A stretch of DNA of 64,000 nucleotides from Octopus vulgaris (taxonomy: Eukaryota). Positions 12,611 to 25,006 of this stretch are shown here, piece by piece. Numbering within the stretch: the stretch's first letter is position 1; every line of letters starts with the position of its first letter. Made by a program: the position numbers and the translations under genes. The stretch is taken from contig OX597814.1 in the NCBI GenBank assembly GCA_951406725.2, positions 186,992,001 through 187,056,000 of the forward strand, in the 5' to 3' direction. Below the pieces are notes generated by a model. It saw nothing but the letters and a program-made list of their open reading frames with translations, made no database searches and had not been told where the DNA came from.

Positions 12611-12830
12611 CAGGGATGGCCAAAAGTCACCCGACAGTAAATCAAAATTCCATAAATGCTTAATACACAATTTTATTTATTCATTCCAATTATGAATGTT
12701 TAATAATTGATTGCTGTGAGTTAAAATTACCATTTTTTTTCAACATTTGTCTATTTATTAGCAAAGTCTCATATAAAATAATTTTTTGTTTTAATCTTGG
12801 ATTTAAATGGTTCCGATTTCCTGTCATGTG
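12611..12830. mobile_element. Tc1/mariner-like terminal fragment
   Basis: TA|cagggatggccaaaagtcacccgac resembles a TIR start. No matching second end was found. Confidence 0.35.
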
Positions 12831-12850
12831 TATTTAGAGGTGTGTGTGCA

Positions 12851-12921
<71 letters not shown>

Positions 12922-13834
12922 TATATTTGTATGCATACACACACACACATTTATTTATATATATACATATATAGTTGTTAAAGAATCCATAAGTTAAAAA
13001 AATAGGCACTTGTATATTTGTCAAAAGAGTGGATATATTAAAGTATACAGTATTATAGATCCATTACAGCCAATATTACCATCAGTTTTGCACAAGATAT
13101 TAGGTTACTCAGATGATTATCTAATAACCATGCTCATCAGAGTGGCTGGTATGGAAAAAAAATTTGCCACTGCATTGTTACTGGAGGTGAGGAAGTGACA
13201 TATCCAGTTTGTTGGTGTGTGAGAAAAATGAAACAAAGTCACAGGAGGCAATTAAGAGATGGGATCCATCTAGACTTATATCTTTTCCCACCAAAATTCT
13301 GAGTTACTAGTGAATGCCAGCAAAATTGAGTTTAGGTGTGGGCAGTGTGAGGTTGAAATATATGGAGGGATGGTTTTGGAGGCAGATGACCAAACCTATA
13401 ACATCACCTGTGGTACATATGTGTATGGTTTGGTGTGGTTAGAACTTTACTGGAGTATCAGGTTGTGATGGTAGAAGGACCAATAGCGGAGATTCTAGTG
13501 TTTATAATCATGATAGACCAGTAGATAAGCAATTGTATTTTCTTTCATGCAGACTCAAGCAAAAATCTTACTGTCACAGCTTAGACAGGTGTCTGCATAA
13601 AGAGAGTTTTTTGATACTACAACTCTTTTCTTAACGAGGTATAGCTTGTACTTTCTGCTAACTGTTGAAGCATTGTCTCTGTTGATGCCAATATCAAGGT
13701 GGGGTGGGTGGGAATCAAATGGCCACACACTCAGTAATCTTAGGAAGGACCTAAAGCATAACTTGACTTCTCTTGATGTCAAGGTTACATAAGAAACCAA
13801 CATGAAGACAGTTGATTTTTTTTTAATGTGACTT

Positions 13835-14228
13835 TAGACTTGGAATCTGGTGACTACAGACCGTTTAGGAAGTTGAATGAATGATTGACTTGCATTAGCA
13901 CAGTTTCCTGTCATCCAGCCATAATGTTTGATTTGGGATAAACAGGCATGCTTGCTGAGGCAGCATGGGAAAGTAGGCTGACAAAAGCTGATTGTAGTCC
14001 CCTTGTTTTTTCTCCTTGTCTTCAAGGTTAGTTCAGTAGGTGTCTTCAAAGAAGCTGTTACCAGGTAGACAGTGAGATGCCAAGCTTCAAAGTCAGCAGC
14101 ACTGGAGGTGAGAAATGTGGCAGGCGCTGATGGATTTCATTAAGGAGGTCCTTGCACCTCTTTTTTGGTGCTCCTCTATTACAGTAACCAAAGAAAAGTT
14201 TGCCTTACAGCATGATCTTGAGAAGTTG
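13835..14228 (-). mobile_element. RTE (BovB-like) LINE 3' fragment
   Basis: Reads GAPKKR..KDLL..SISACHISHLQ...FEDT...CLSQI, a C-terminal region with frameshifts. Confidence 0.65.
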
Positions 14229-14444
14229 ATGCACACACACATACATATATATATATACAACACACATACATGTATATATAAATATACATATATATATGTG
14301 TAAGTGCGTATTATGATTTCATTTAAGTATAAAGATTCCAATAAACAGTTGTTAGAATTCAATATATTTGTGCTTTAGTGTAAAGCATCAGGAGAGTACA
14401 GAGCATCATTTTAATTAATAAATGACCAGGACCTATATAATCAC

Positions 14445-14825
14445 CTTCGAGACTTATTGAGTCAAGTACATCAACATCAACATCAAAATAAAAATCAAAT
14501 GGAAATTGTAGTTGTGATACCTGTGCCAGTGGCATGTAAAAAGCACCATCCGAACGTGGCCAATGCCAGCGTTGCCTTGAATGGCTTCCATGCTGCTGGC
14601 ATGTAAAAAGTACCAACCGATCGTAGCCGTTGCCAGCCTCCTCTGGCTCCTGTGCTGGTGGCACATAAAAAGCACCCACTACACTCACGGAGTGGTTGAT
14701 GTTAGGAAGGGGAAACACTGCCAGATCAGACAGGAGCCTGGTGCAGCCTCCTGGCTTCCCAGACCCCGGTCAAACCATCCAACCCACGCTAGCATGGAAA
14801 ACGGATGTTAAACAATGATGATGAT
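14445..14825 (+). mobile_element. RTE LINE 3'UTR copy with (GAT)n tail
   Basis: Repeated ggcacataaaaagcacc units, then ...ccaacccacgctagcatggaaaacggatgttaaacaatgatgatgat. Confidence 0.85.
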
Positions 14826-15559
14826 TTGCATACAGCTGTTTCTACTACAAGAGGCAGTGAACTCAGGGTTGAGAGGTTGTGCAACATCCTATAGCTTCCC
14901 CAAAGGCTCCCTATATTTGGCGTAGATTGGAAAGAAGTTTGTTATATCAAAAAATTACCGAGTACTCAAGTTTTGATATAATAAACTTACACACACACAC
15001 ATTCATATATTGTAATAATGAAGCCAAAGCAAATAGTGGATATTTTGAAATCATTTTATTATGAATGTTTAAAGCCTGCATAAAATATAATAGGAAGTTC
15101 ATCCATTAGAGAAGAACTTCCTCAGTTAAATATTTTGAAACATTTTAAAAGAGGAAGGTCTTATGTAATGGATGCATTTCCTATTATATATTACACAAGC
15201 CTAAAACATGTGTATTAAATGATTTCAAAATATCACTATTTGGTTTGACTTATATGACAACTTATATGACTTGATTCCACCACAAACTAGTCAGTCCATT
15301 CATGTGGAGACCCCTAACAACAATTTTGAGTAGTTCTATTTGACTCAAGTTAAAAATTCTGGTGTCATGCACCACTTCGTAGCATAAAACGATATATTCA
15401 CATGGTGTCTCAATCAACTGTTAACAAAGCAAAACACACACACAGACAAAAGAAAATACCAACTTACTCTCAGAAACAAAACAGCCCTCAACCTCAGTGA
15501 GAGTCCCAATGCAGCCACTGAAGAGACATCATACTAGAATCACTTGGCCTTTGCTATGC

Positions 15560-16200
15560 TACCTGCTACACCAACTGTAGCAGCTCACAGCAAGTGCTGG
15601 GCATTCTGGAGTTGTCTGCTGGTTCCTGCTAACCATGCAATCCAAGTGTGTTTAAATGAAGACAGGCAGGCAGCCTTATGAGGTTAGTTGGATCACAAAT
15701 CATGCAGTTCTTACAAGTCATACCAGACATAAACTGACTCCTTCTCCTCATGTAAGATACTTTTACCTGATGTCTTCATACACCACACATCTCATAGTGG
15801 ATTCCACCATCTTGAGCTGTTTGATGACAGCCCTCATTGACTTACTGGGTTGTTGCTGATGAAACCCTAGACTTAGATGAACTCAGCTGATTTTAGATTA
15901 TCTGACTGCTAAATGTTTATCATAAGGAGATATGTTTATTTCTCTTAGTAATGGATACCAGAGGAGGTATTCAGCTCTTTCTTGATCCTGGTCATGGAAG
16001 TCTAACTACATTCAAGAAGCTAGTGATCTCCATGTCACTATGGTTTGTGGCTAGAGCCATGAGCACAGTGTGTCTTCTCATTTCTTGGATCATATTGCAA
16101 TCTGCAATGCTGATGTTGTCTCTGTCTAAAAGAGAAGAAAAAAAGTTAAAATTTGGCACATGGTGCATAACATCACAAAAGGACATTTTCCACTTAGGTA
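15560..16200 (-). mobile_element. Decayed Tc1/mariner-superfamily transposase 5' fragment
   Basis: RRHTVLMALATNHSDMEITSFLNV resembles the N-terminal HTH, followed by MRCVVYEDIR..RRSQFMS-like segments. Confidence 0.5.
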
Positions 16201-16223
16201 TCTCTAATACTTTGTATACCATG

Positions 16224-17095
16224 TATATGGTCTGATCAATAAATATCCAGACTGTTGCTATAGTAATGAAGCTAAAACACACAGAGTGAAGCTGCTTGGC
16301 ACAGACTAACCTTGAACCTTCTGTGCATGCACACTAAGCTTTAATTTTCTAGCTCAATTCTACTGTTTACAGCAGTGCTTGGAAGGAAGGTGTGTAGCAT
16401 GTGACCATCACATTGACCATGACAGAAAAAGTTGACAGAATCTGCATCAAATTTTGCCAAAAGCTTGGCAAAACCTGCAGAGAGACCTACATAGAGTTTT
16501 CAAAAAGTTTTCATCATTCTCAACACAATCAAGGAGATCTTGTGCAGCTGAAACCTGAGTGTCTTTTTGGTCAACTGAAAGTAGTTTTGACACAAATTGG
16601 CAGACACGCATCTCACCCAAATCTTCAATGATAATGGACTTAACTGAACCATAACTAATCTGCACATCCTCTGATAACTCACAGATGGTGATTCGACAAT
16701 TTCCCCTCACAGCTGCATGCACTTCTGCTAGTTGCAGACTTCTCAGAACATTTGTCACAACTGACATTTTTTCAACCATCTTGGAAATGTCTGAATAACT
16801 CATACACTTGTGTGCAGCTCATACACTACTCTTCATATACTTTCTGCAACTTTGCGTAGGCCTTTGAGCAGGTATCACCATGACATTTTTCTCTGTCATG
16901 ATCAATGCAACAATCACATGCTACACACCTTCCTTCCAAGCACTGCTGTAAACAAAGGAAGTGAGCTAGAATGTTAAACCTTAGTGCACATGCACAGCAG
17001 AGTTCAAGGTCAATCTGTGCCAAGCAGCTTTACTTTGTGTGCTTTAGTTACGTTACTGTGGCAACAATCCGGATTCTTATTGATCAAATTGTGTA
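16224..17095 (-). mobile_element. Non-autonomous mariner derivative with two 5' ends
   Basis: Long inverted arms (tgatcaataa...atgacaga), TA flanks, and a transposase remnant RITICELSEDVQISYGSV..IIIEDLG..FVSKLLSVDQK..DENFLK. Confidence 0.85.
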
Positions 17096-17176
17096 TACAT
17101 ACATATGTACATACATAAGGACATTCATACATATATTTGTGTGTATATATCACACAAACACAGATATATCTAAAGA

Positions 17177-17575
17177 GGTGCAGGAGTAGTAAGAAGCTTG
17201 CTTCCCAACCACATGGTTCCAAGGTTCAGTTCTACTGTGTGGCACCTTGGGCAAGTGTCTTCTACTATAGCTGCGGGCTGACCAAAGCCTTGTGAGTGAA
17301 TTTGGTAGACAGAAGCTAAAAGAAGCCCATTATATACATACATACATGTATGTATGAGTGTATGTATGTATTTGTGTGTCTGTGCTTGTCACCCCACCAT
17401 CGCTTGACAACTAATGCTAGTGTGTTTACGTCCTCATAACTTAGTGGGTCAGGAAAAGAGACCAATAGAATAAGTACTAGGCTTACAAAGAATAAGTTCT
17501 GGGGTTGATTTGTTTGATTAAAAGTGGGGCTCCAGCATGGCTGCAGTCAAATGACTAAAACAAGTAAAAGAATAA
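17177..17575 (+). mobile_element. SINE family A
   Basis: Diverged full-length copy. Confidence 0.85.
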
Positions 17576-18021
17576 ACGAATATAGAAAATAAGTGTTTTC
17601 GTAGCATAATTATTTCTATCATTACCAATAATTCTAGATCGTTAGTACCAGCAAACATTTTCTTTCTATGAATAAAATCCATTTGGTTTTGTTGTGTAAT
17701 TTAGTGCTATGTTTTTCATTGTTCTCACCATATTTTCCTGAGAGAAATAATTACTTAAAATATACTAAATATTCAATATCAAAGAATAGAAATATGCTCA
17801 GTGAACTAACTTGTAAATAGTTTTATTTTTTAATTTATATCCATTTCATTTTAGTTATATGACCAGAAAAAAATATTTCAACACTAAGTAATTTCATTTC
17901 CCTTCTGTAAATCAAAGATTTAGAAAATATTATTCAACTTGAGACCATAAATGTTACTATTCATCTTGCTAAGCAAGCAGGTGATCTTCAAGATTTGAGG
18001 ATATTGCCATTATTGCTGTTG

Positions 18022-18210
18022 TTGTTATTTAACCCTGAGTTAGCCCTGATTGACCAGACTATGATCAGATACATTTTGGTCATAACCACAGTGTTAGTAC
18101 TTCTGGGGCCACAATATCCAGTATATATTTCCTCAGATGGTAGTGTATAATGTGAGAGAGTGAGATTTGGTTACTATTTCTAGTAGGTTGAGTAGCTAGA
18201 CAGAAGCTCA
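18022..18210 (+). repeat. Unclassified interspersed repeat F (other copies near 8000-8200, 19620, 38860, 39806-40000, 52585-52800, 59680-59875)
   Basis: Shared blocks ttatttaaccc..gccctgattga.cagactatgatca and gagatttgg.t.ctatttctag.aggttgag. Confidence 0.6.
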
Positions 18211-18394
18211 GGTGGCATAAAAATCTTCTTCCCTATTTTTCATATTTGACAGAATATTTATTCATATTGATTCCTTCATGGAACTACATCAAGTTAATAA
18301 CTATGATTGGTTTTTTACTACCTATGGAGGTAAGGTAATATTTCCCCATGGTTAGACATGTCCTCACAGAACATGGAAGATCATTTCAGTTTGA

Positions 18395-18595
18395 GAAGTG
18401 GCTGTGTGGTAAGTAGCTTGTATACGAACCACATGGTTCTGGGTTCAGTCCCACTGTGTGGTACCTTGGGCAAGTGTCTTCTACTAAAGCCTCAGGCCGA
18501 CCAAAACCTTGTGAGTGGATTTGGAAGACAGAAACTGAAAGAAGCCCATTGTATATATGTGCATATATGTGTATATATATGTGCATATATGTGTA

Positions 18596-18653
<58 letters not shown>

Positions 18654-19210
18654 TACTCTTGGAGTGGTTGGCATTAGGAAGGGCCAACCTCTATTACTAC
18701 TGGTACTGTCAACACCTTCATCATAAAGCTACCACCAATATATCAACAATAATTGCTATTACAACCAACCACTATACAATGTCATAAGAATTCTCTGTAT
18801 ATAATAAGAAGTCTTTCAATGATACAAACAGTTCCAGTAGTAATAGAGCTGTAGAAACTCTGCCAGATCAAGATTGGAGCCTGGTGCAGCCATCTGGTTT
18901 GCCAGTCCTCAGTCAAAATCGTCCAACCCATGCTAGCATGGAAAGCGGACGTTAAACGATGATGATGATGATGATGATATATATATGTGTGTGTGTGTGT
19001 GTGTGTATGTTTGTGTGTCTGTGTTTGTCCCCCAATATCACTTGACAACCGATGCTGGTGTGTTTATGTCCCTGTAACTTAGCGGTTCAACAAAAGAGAC
19101 CAATAGGATAAGTACTAGGCCTACAAAGAATAAGTCCTGGGGTCGATTTGCATGACTAAAGGTGGTGCTCCAGCATGGCCACAGTCAAATGACTGAAACA
19201 AGTAAAAGAG
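18395..19210 (+). mobile_element. SINE family A interrupted in its microsatellite by an RTE 3' end
   Basis: Head at 18395-18550 and tail at 18980-19210, with an RTE tail at 18655-18975 between them. Confidence 0.85.
18655..18975 (+). mobile_element. RTE 3'UTR fragment carrying a templated insertion
   Basis: ggagtggttggcattaggaagggc [insert] agctgtagaaactctgccagatc...(gat)n. Confidence 0.85.
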
Positions 19211-19539
19211 TGTATATATTGTTTGAGATTAGAGTCTTTAGATTTATGCTTGATGAAAACTACTTCTGTTTGGGAAGTTAGTTGCTGAACAAGAATTACC
19301 TTCTGCTTCACACTCTTGGCTTAAATGATTTATATCAAGATTAATATTGGGACAAACCATTAATAAAAATATCTATATAAAGTCTAAGGTGAGAAAGAAC
19401 TGTTTGTATCATTGAAAGACTTCTTATTATATACAGAGAATTCTTATGACATTGTATAGTGGTTGGTTGTAATAGCAATTATTGTTGATATATTGGTGGT
19501 AGCTTTATGATGAAGGTGTTGACAGTACCAGTAGTAATA
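18692..19539. repeat. Perfect 143-bp inverted repeat (18692-18834 and 19397-19539)
   Basis: The two arms are base-by-base reverse complements. Confidence 0.95.
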
Positions 19540-19846
19540 ATTTGGATGATTTTCTCTTTAAAAAAGTGTAAAACAGATGTCAATATACAAAAACATTACA
19601 TACAGGTTTTGTCTTGCTTCAGTCAGCCTTCATGAAGCAAATCTATGATCAAAGTCATCCTAGCCATGAGCATCCAATCACCTTTTTTTTTTTCAAAGTA
19701 TAGTGTGTAATCTGGACTACATTCAATGTATTCTTTCTAAAGACACTAAGATATGATTTTTGAGTGGTTTAGCTTAATGAGTCAAAGAAGCTGCGATACA
19801 TGTAGTGAAGACATTATGAATTCTCATAAAATACTTTCCAATCATA

Positions 19847-20043
19847 TACTCTTTTACTTGTTTCAGTCATTTGACTGTGGCCATGCTGGAGCAAACTGAC
19901 CCCAGGACTTATTCTTTGTAAGCCTAGTACTTATTCTATTGGTCCCTTTTGCCGAACTGCTAAGTTACGGGGGACGTAAACACACCAGCATCGGTTGTCA
20001 AGTGATGTTGGGGGGACAAACACAGATACACAAACATACACAT

Positions 20044-20074
<31 letters not shown>

Positions 20075-20237
20075 CAACAGGCTTCTTTCAGTTTCCGTCT
20101 ACCAAATCCACTCACAAGGCTTTGGTCGGCCTGAGGCCATAGTAGAAGACACTTGCCCAAGGTGTCATGCAGTCAGACTGAACCCAGAACCATGTGGTTG
20201 GTAAGCAAGCTACTTACCACACAGCCACTCCTATGTC
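19847..20237 (-). mobile_element. SINE family A
   Basis: Near full-length copy. Confidence 0.9.
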
Positions 20238-20651
20238 AACCTTTTTCAGCCATGCAGAAAGTTAGAATTTAACGAAGTGGATAGGATTTTTACCGTATAA
20301 TTCACTATTACTCAACTGGGTTCCTTGAAATTTCACCTCTTTAGATGTATATAATAAATATTATCATCATCGTTATTGTTGTTGTCACTGTCGTCATCCT
20401 CTTCCTCCCCTGTTATCACTCACACCTCCTTCCCCTACCACTCCCACCTCCTCCTTGGTTTAACATCCACCTTTGCATGTTTGCATGGGTCAGACAGAAT
20501 TTGTTGAAGTCGATTTTCTATGGTTGGATACCTATCCTGTCGTAATCATCAACTGTTTCCAAGTAAAGTGATGTACTTCCCCATGGCTAGACATGTTTTC
20601 ATGGGAAACTTGAAAATGAATGACACTGCTTCTATGATGATAGTAATGTTT

Positions 20652-21330
20652 CATCATCATCATCATCATCATCATCATTTAATGTCTGCTATCCATGCTA
20701 GCATGGGTTGGACGATTTGACTGAGGACTGGCAGACCAGATGGCTGTGCCAGGCTCCAATCTGATCTGGCAGAGTTTCTACAGCTGGATGCCCTTCCTAA
20801 CGTCAACCACTCCGAGAATGTAGTGGGTGCTCTTACGTGCCACCAGCACGAGGGCCAGTCTGGCAGTACTTGCAATGCCACACTCGAAATGGTGTTTTTT
20901 ATGTGCCACCTGCACAGGAGTCAGTCCAGTGGCACTGGCAATGACCTCGCTCAAATGTTTTGTTTACATGCCACCAGCAGAAGTGCCAGTAAGGCGACGC
21001 TGGTAACGATCACGCTCAAATGGTGCTTTTTACGTGCCTCTGGCATGGAAGCCAGACAGCTGCTCTGGCAGTGATCCCGCTTGGATGGAGCTGTTAGCAC
21101 TCCACTGGCACGGGTGCCAGTCCCCAAATTTGGTTCAATTTGAATTTCACTTGCCCCAACAAGTCTGCACAAGCAGAGTCCAGTGTCCAAAGAAGGAAAG
21201 GTATGCATGAGTGAGCTGGCTACATCCCTAGTAAAGGCCATGGGTTATGGTCTCACTTGTCCTGCCGGGTCTTCTCACGCACAGCATATTTCCAAAGGTC
21301 TCAGGCACTAGTCATTGCCTCGGTGAGGCC
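20652..21330 (-). mobile_element. RTE LINE 3' end
   Basis: (cat)n tail, ~63-bp 3'UTR minisatellite, and a C-terminus GLTEAMTS..LWKYAVREKT. Confidence 0.85.
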
Positions 21331-23139
21331 GTTTGTAACTATCATTTGTAACATGATGTGACAGAAATTTGTAATTTTCTGTTTATGCATAGAACCTAAG
21401 CTAAAAGACATTTCAATTCTATCAGCAAAGTAACAGAAAAATAACATACAAATCAAGGTAGAAGATAACAAATTGATATCCATTGTTAGAACTAAGTTCA
21501 TCAAGATTTGCACCAAACAAAATAGAATGGATAGAATATTTTCTTAATTGCTTAGTCAGTAAAGAAGGGCAGCACTCATGAGCCTTTTTAAGGGCACTCA
21601 TACTAGTGAGAGGGAAGGAGATATTCCCAAATCAGGGGCCTAGCCTAAATGTTTGCAATAACATGGACTATGCTAAAGGCACCAAAAAAACTAGGTGGTG
21701 TTAAACCAGACAACAGATTAAACCTATCACCCAAGTAAGCCACTTTGGGAGTTGAACTCGGAACTGAAAATGCCAGAACAAATACCATAAGGCATCCCCC
21801 ATCTCATTCTCCTACAGTTCTGCCAGTTCACTACTCTAAACTGGCACTTTATTTATTGACTCTGAAAGGATGAAAGACAAAGTTGACCTTGGTGGGATTT
21901 GAATGTAGAATGTGAAAAGCCAGAACAGACACCATAAGGCATTTTATCCAATGTTCTAATGACTTGGTCATTAGAAATATATGGTAACAGAGACCTCTCT
22001 ATGGCAAATTAAAACCAGGTTTATAGGAAGTTAAGCATACATAGATATTAGACAAATGTGTCAGTGGCTATTTAGTGATTGAAATGACAGAAACTAAAGG
22101 TTTCTCATTGATGCACTAAACATAAGATTCACAGCAGATGTTTATGAGGCACAATATATTACAGTAGTTAGAAGTTATTCTCATAGCTTGTGTAAGCAAT
22201 AAGATGAGGTTATTTTTCCATTTTGTATCAGGACTTTAAATGTAGCAAGATGTAGTAAATTCACAAATGGAATAGCATACATCTGATATTTTATTCACTA
22301 AGTCAATAGTAATTATAACGTATCAATCCTTCCATTAATCACAAAGATCCACAGGACTGGTATTAAATACTAGCTCTATTGACTGTTGTGATTTATGAAA
22401 GGATTCCCTTTCCTCTTTGACCTAGCCATAATAATAAAAGAAATTAAAAGAAAAAAATACTTGTAAACATAAGTAGTAAATTTCTATCTGGATAGATCAT
22501 TAGTATATTGCCAATAACTTTCCAAGAATGGCCAAGTACTCATTCTTTAGCTAGATAAATGAAGCAATGTACAATTATGTATCATTTCGAGACACGTGTG
22601 AAGAGGCCTTGTCAAAAGACGTTCAATGAAATATTGAAATGGGCTCGGTGACATTTTGAATGGTAAGACAAGGAATTAAGTTGACAGAACAAACTATATT
22701 ATTGACAAAATAATGAATATAAATTTTATACTGTAAGACTGAAAAGCAGGTGGTTATAAATGTTAGAATCGTTCATGAAAGTTAGAATAAGATGGTAAAG
22801 TTCTTAATTGATCCTATGAATGGTAAACAAGAGTTGAATTGACAAAATAGAAATGTACTGGTCAGTGGTGGAATGCAAAAATTAGAATTCTGCATTTTGG
22901 GAAAGATTTTAGTTACATTTATTAGTTCAGTTTTTAAAAAGAGCCTTGGTTGGAAAGCTTGGTTTTGAAATCAAGACATTACTACATCTATAAGGGGTCA
23001 AATTCATGGACTAGATGACAAAGAGAAAATCATTAGGATTAAGTACACAGGATTCTAAAATTATAGTTACATGAAGGCATACATTATGTTTATATATTTT
23101 TTCTACCATTCAGCTGCTGTCTGCAGTCAGTAGTCACAA

Positions 23140-24170
23140 ATATGACTGTTCGTGACTCAAAAAGCTTTCTCCATACTGGTTGGTCTTTCGCTTGTGTTTG
23201 CCATTTATTACAATCAATTCCTTTCTACTTCATATTCCTTTTTGTAGTTTCTTTGAATCTCAGTCGAGGTTGTCTATGGTTTCTTTTCCCCATGCATAAT
23301 TGGGTGTAAAGGAGTTGTCTGGGGAATCTCCTTTTGTCCATCCTGTGTACATGTCCAAATCGTAAGAGGCAGACCAGCATGCTGTATGATCTCTTCAGCA
23401 CTGAGCAACCAGCACACTATCATCAGTGAATAGTGCATGCCTTTGCCTTATACTGTGCAGCATTGAACAGATCAGCATCATACAGTCTGGATGTAACCCA
23501 CCCACTAACTCCTGCAAGGGCAACTTCCAACACTGCTGCAAAATAGAGGGAGAGCACTGTTCTCTCTCTATCTCACAGCAGTGTTGGAAGTTACCTTCAA
23601 GGAAATTAGGGGAGGGGATTTACAACCAGATGTGGCATGATGCTGATCTGTTCAATGCTGCACAGTATAAAGCAAAGGCATGCACTATAAAGGCTCTTGT
23701 GCAAAAGATACCATTTGCTGATGATAGTGTGCTGGTTGCCCACAGTGCTGCAGATATACAGGAACTGATTGATAACTTTGCCAGAGCTGCACAACAGTCC
23801 AGCTTCAAGATTAACATCAGAAAAAAAAATAGCCAAATGCTTTACCAGCCTGTGGAGACCCTACATGCCCCTGTAATAAAAGAAAACAATACTATTAGAC
23901 ATTAAAGGCTGGTTCAGTGCAAAGCATTCAAATACCTAGGCAGCACCATCTCAGATAATGCACAACTGGACCAGGAAACCAAAACCATATACAAAATGAG
24001 CTGAGCTAGTGCTTCATTTGACAGGTTGATGGAGAGGCTGTGAGAAAAAAAAGCACGATTTTGTATGTGTCAAATGTAAGGTATGCCAAGCTATAATGCT
24101 TTCTTCTGCTATATGAGGCTGAAACCTAGACAGTCTACAAAGCTCAAGTAGACATGGCTGTAATAGACCA
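23140..24170. mobile_element. RTE (BovB-like) LINE remnant arranged as a head-to-head palindrome
   Basis: The plus arm reads FADDSVLVAHSAADIQELID..FKINIRK, FKYLGSTIS and LLYEAET. The minus arm has the same RT start, then GHVHRMDKRRFPRQLLY. The centre is near 23557. Confidence 0.8.
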
Positions 24171-24377
24171 TTCTCAGATAGTGACCTGTAGCATCACCAT
24201 AGAGCAGAAGTAAACAAACTTATCATCCAACCAGCCACTGGAGTATGACACTTATGCCAGCATGTCTTGGCCTGTCCTTGCCCATTGAACAACACTAGTG
24301 TTGTACTGAAAGAGTGATACTAGCCAATTGCAAAAGCTAGTTTTACTTCATGACTTCACAAGCAGTTCTATGATAAA

Positions 24378-25006
24378 TGATGCAAGAAAAAGTCAATAGC
24401 AGATTGTATTAAAATTTAAGTACAAAGTAATATTGGATATTTTGCTTGTATCAATATTTGAAGTACACATCACACATTTCTGATATTTACTGTTTTTGTA
24501 GCAGGACTGTTAAGCCATTGTATAATTTGAATGAAATGGTAAAAGATTCCCTTACTGGCTCAGATATCACTCAGATAAAGGTCTGCACTGGTTCACTCCC
24601 ACTCCAGCAGCCATGAAGTGTAAAATATGATACAGGAAAACAATGAATATTACTGAACTGAACTAGCCAAGCACAAGGCTCAATTTAATGAACTGATATG
24701 GGTGTCTCTGAGAATTTTCCATGCAAAGACTAAAGCTGAGAATCCAGAATGAATCTATTCCTTGTGCTGTGAGGGCAGATGAATCATAGTTCTCCTATGA
24801 GGGTTGGTGATTTTCAGGTGTTATTAGCTTTGAAAGACCTTGTATTTGATGCAAGAAAAAGTCGATAGCTGATTATATTAAAATTTAAGTACAAAATAAT
24901 ATTGAATATTTTGCTTATATCAATATTTGAAGTATACATCACTCATTTCTGATATTTACTGTTTTTGTTGTAGGACTGTTAAGCCATTATATATTTTGAA
25001 TGAAAT
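24378..25006. repeat. 160-bp direct repeat pair (24378-24537 and 24847-25006)
   Basis: tgatgcaagaaaaagtc...ttgaatgaaat occurs twice with scattered substitutions. Confidence 0.9.

Noticed and set aside
20820-21125. CRISPR-like repeat/spacer appearance in RTE 3'UTRs
   Set aside because: The apparent spacers are homologous to each other (a tandem minisatellite), the context is a eukaryotic LINE, and there are no cas genes.
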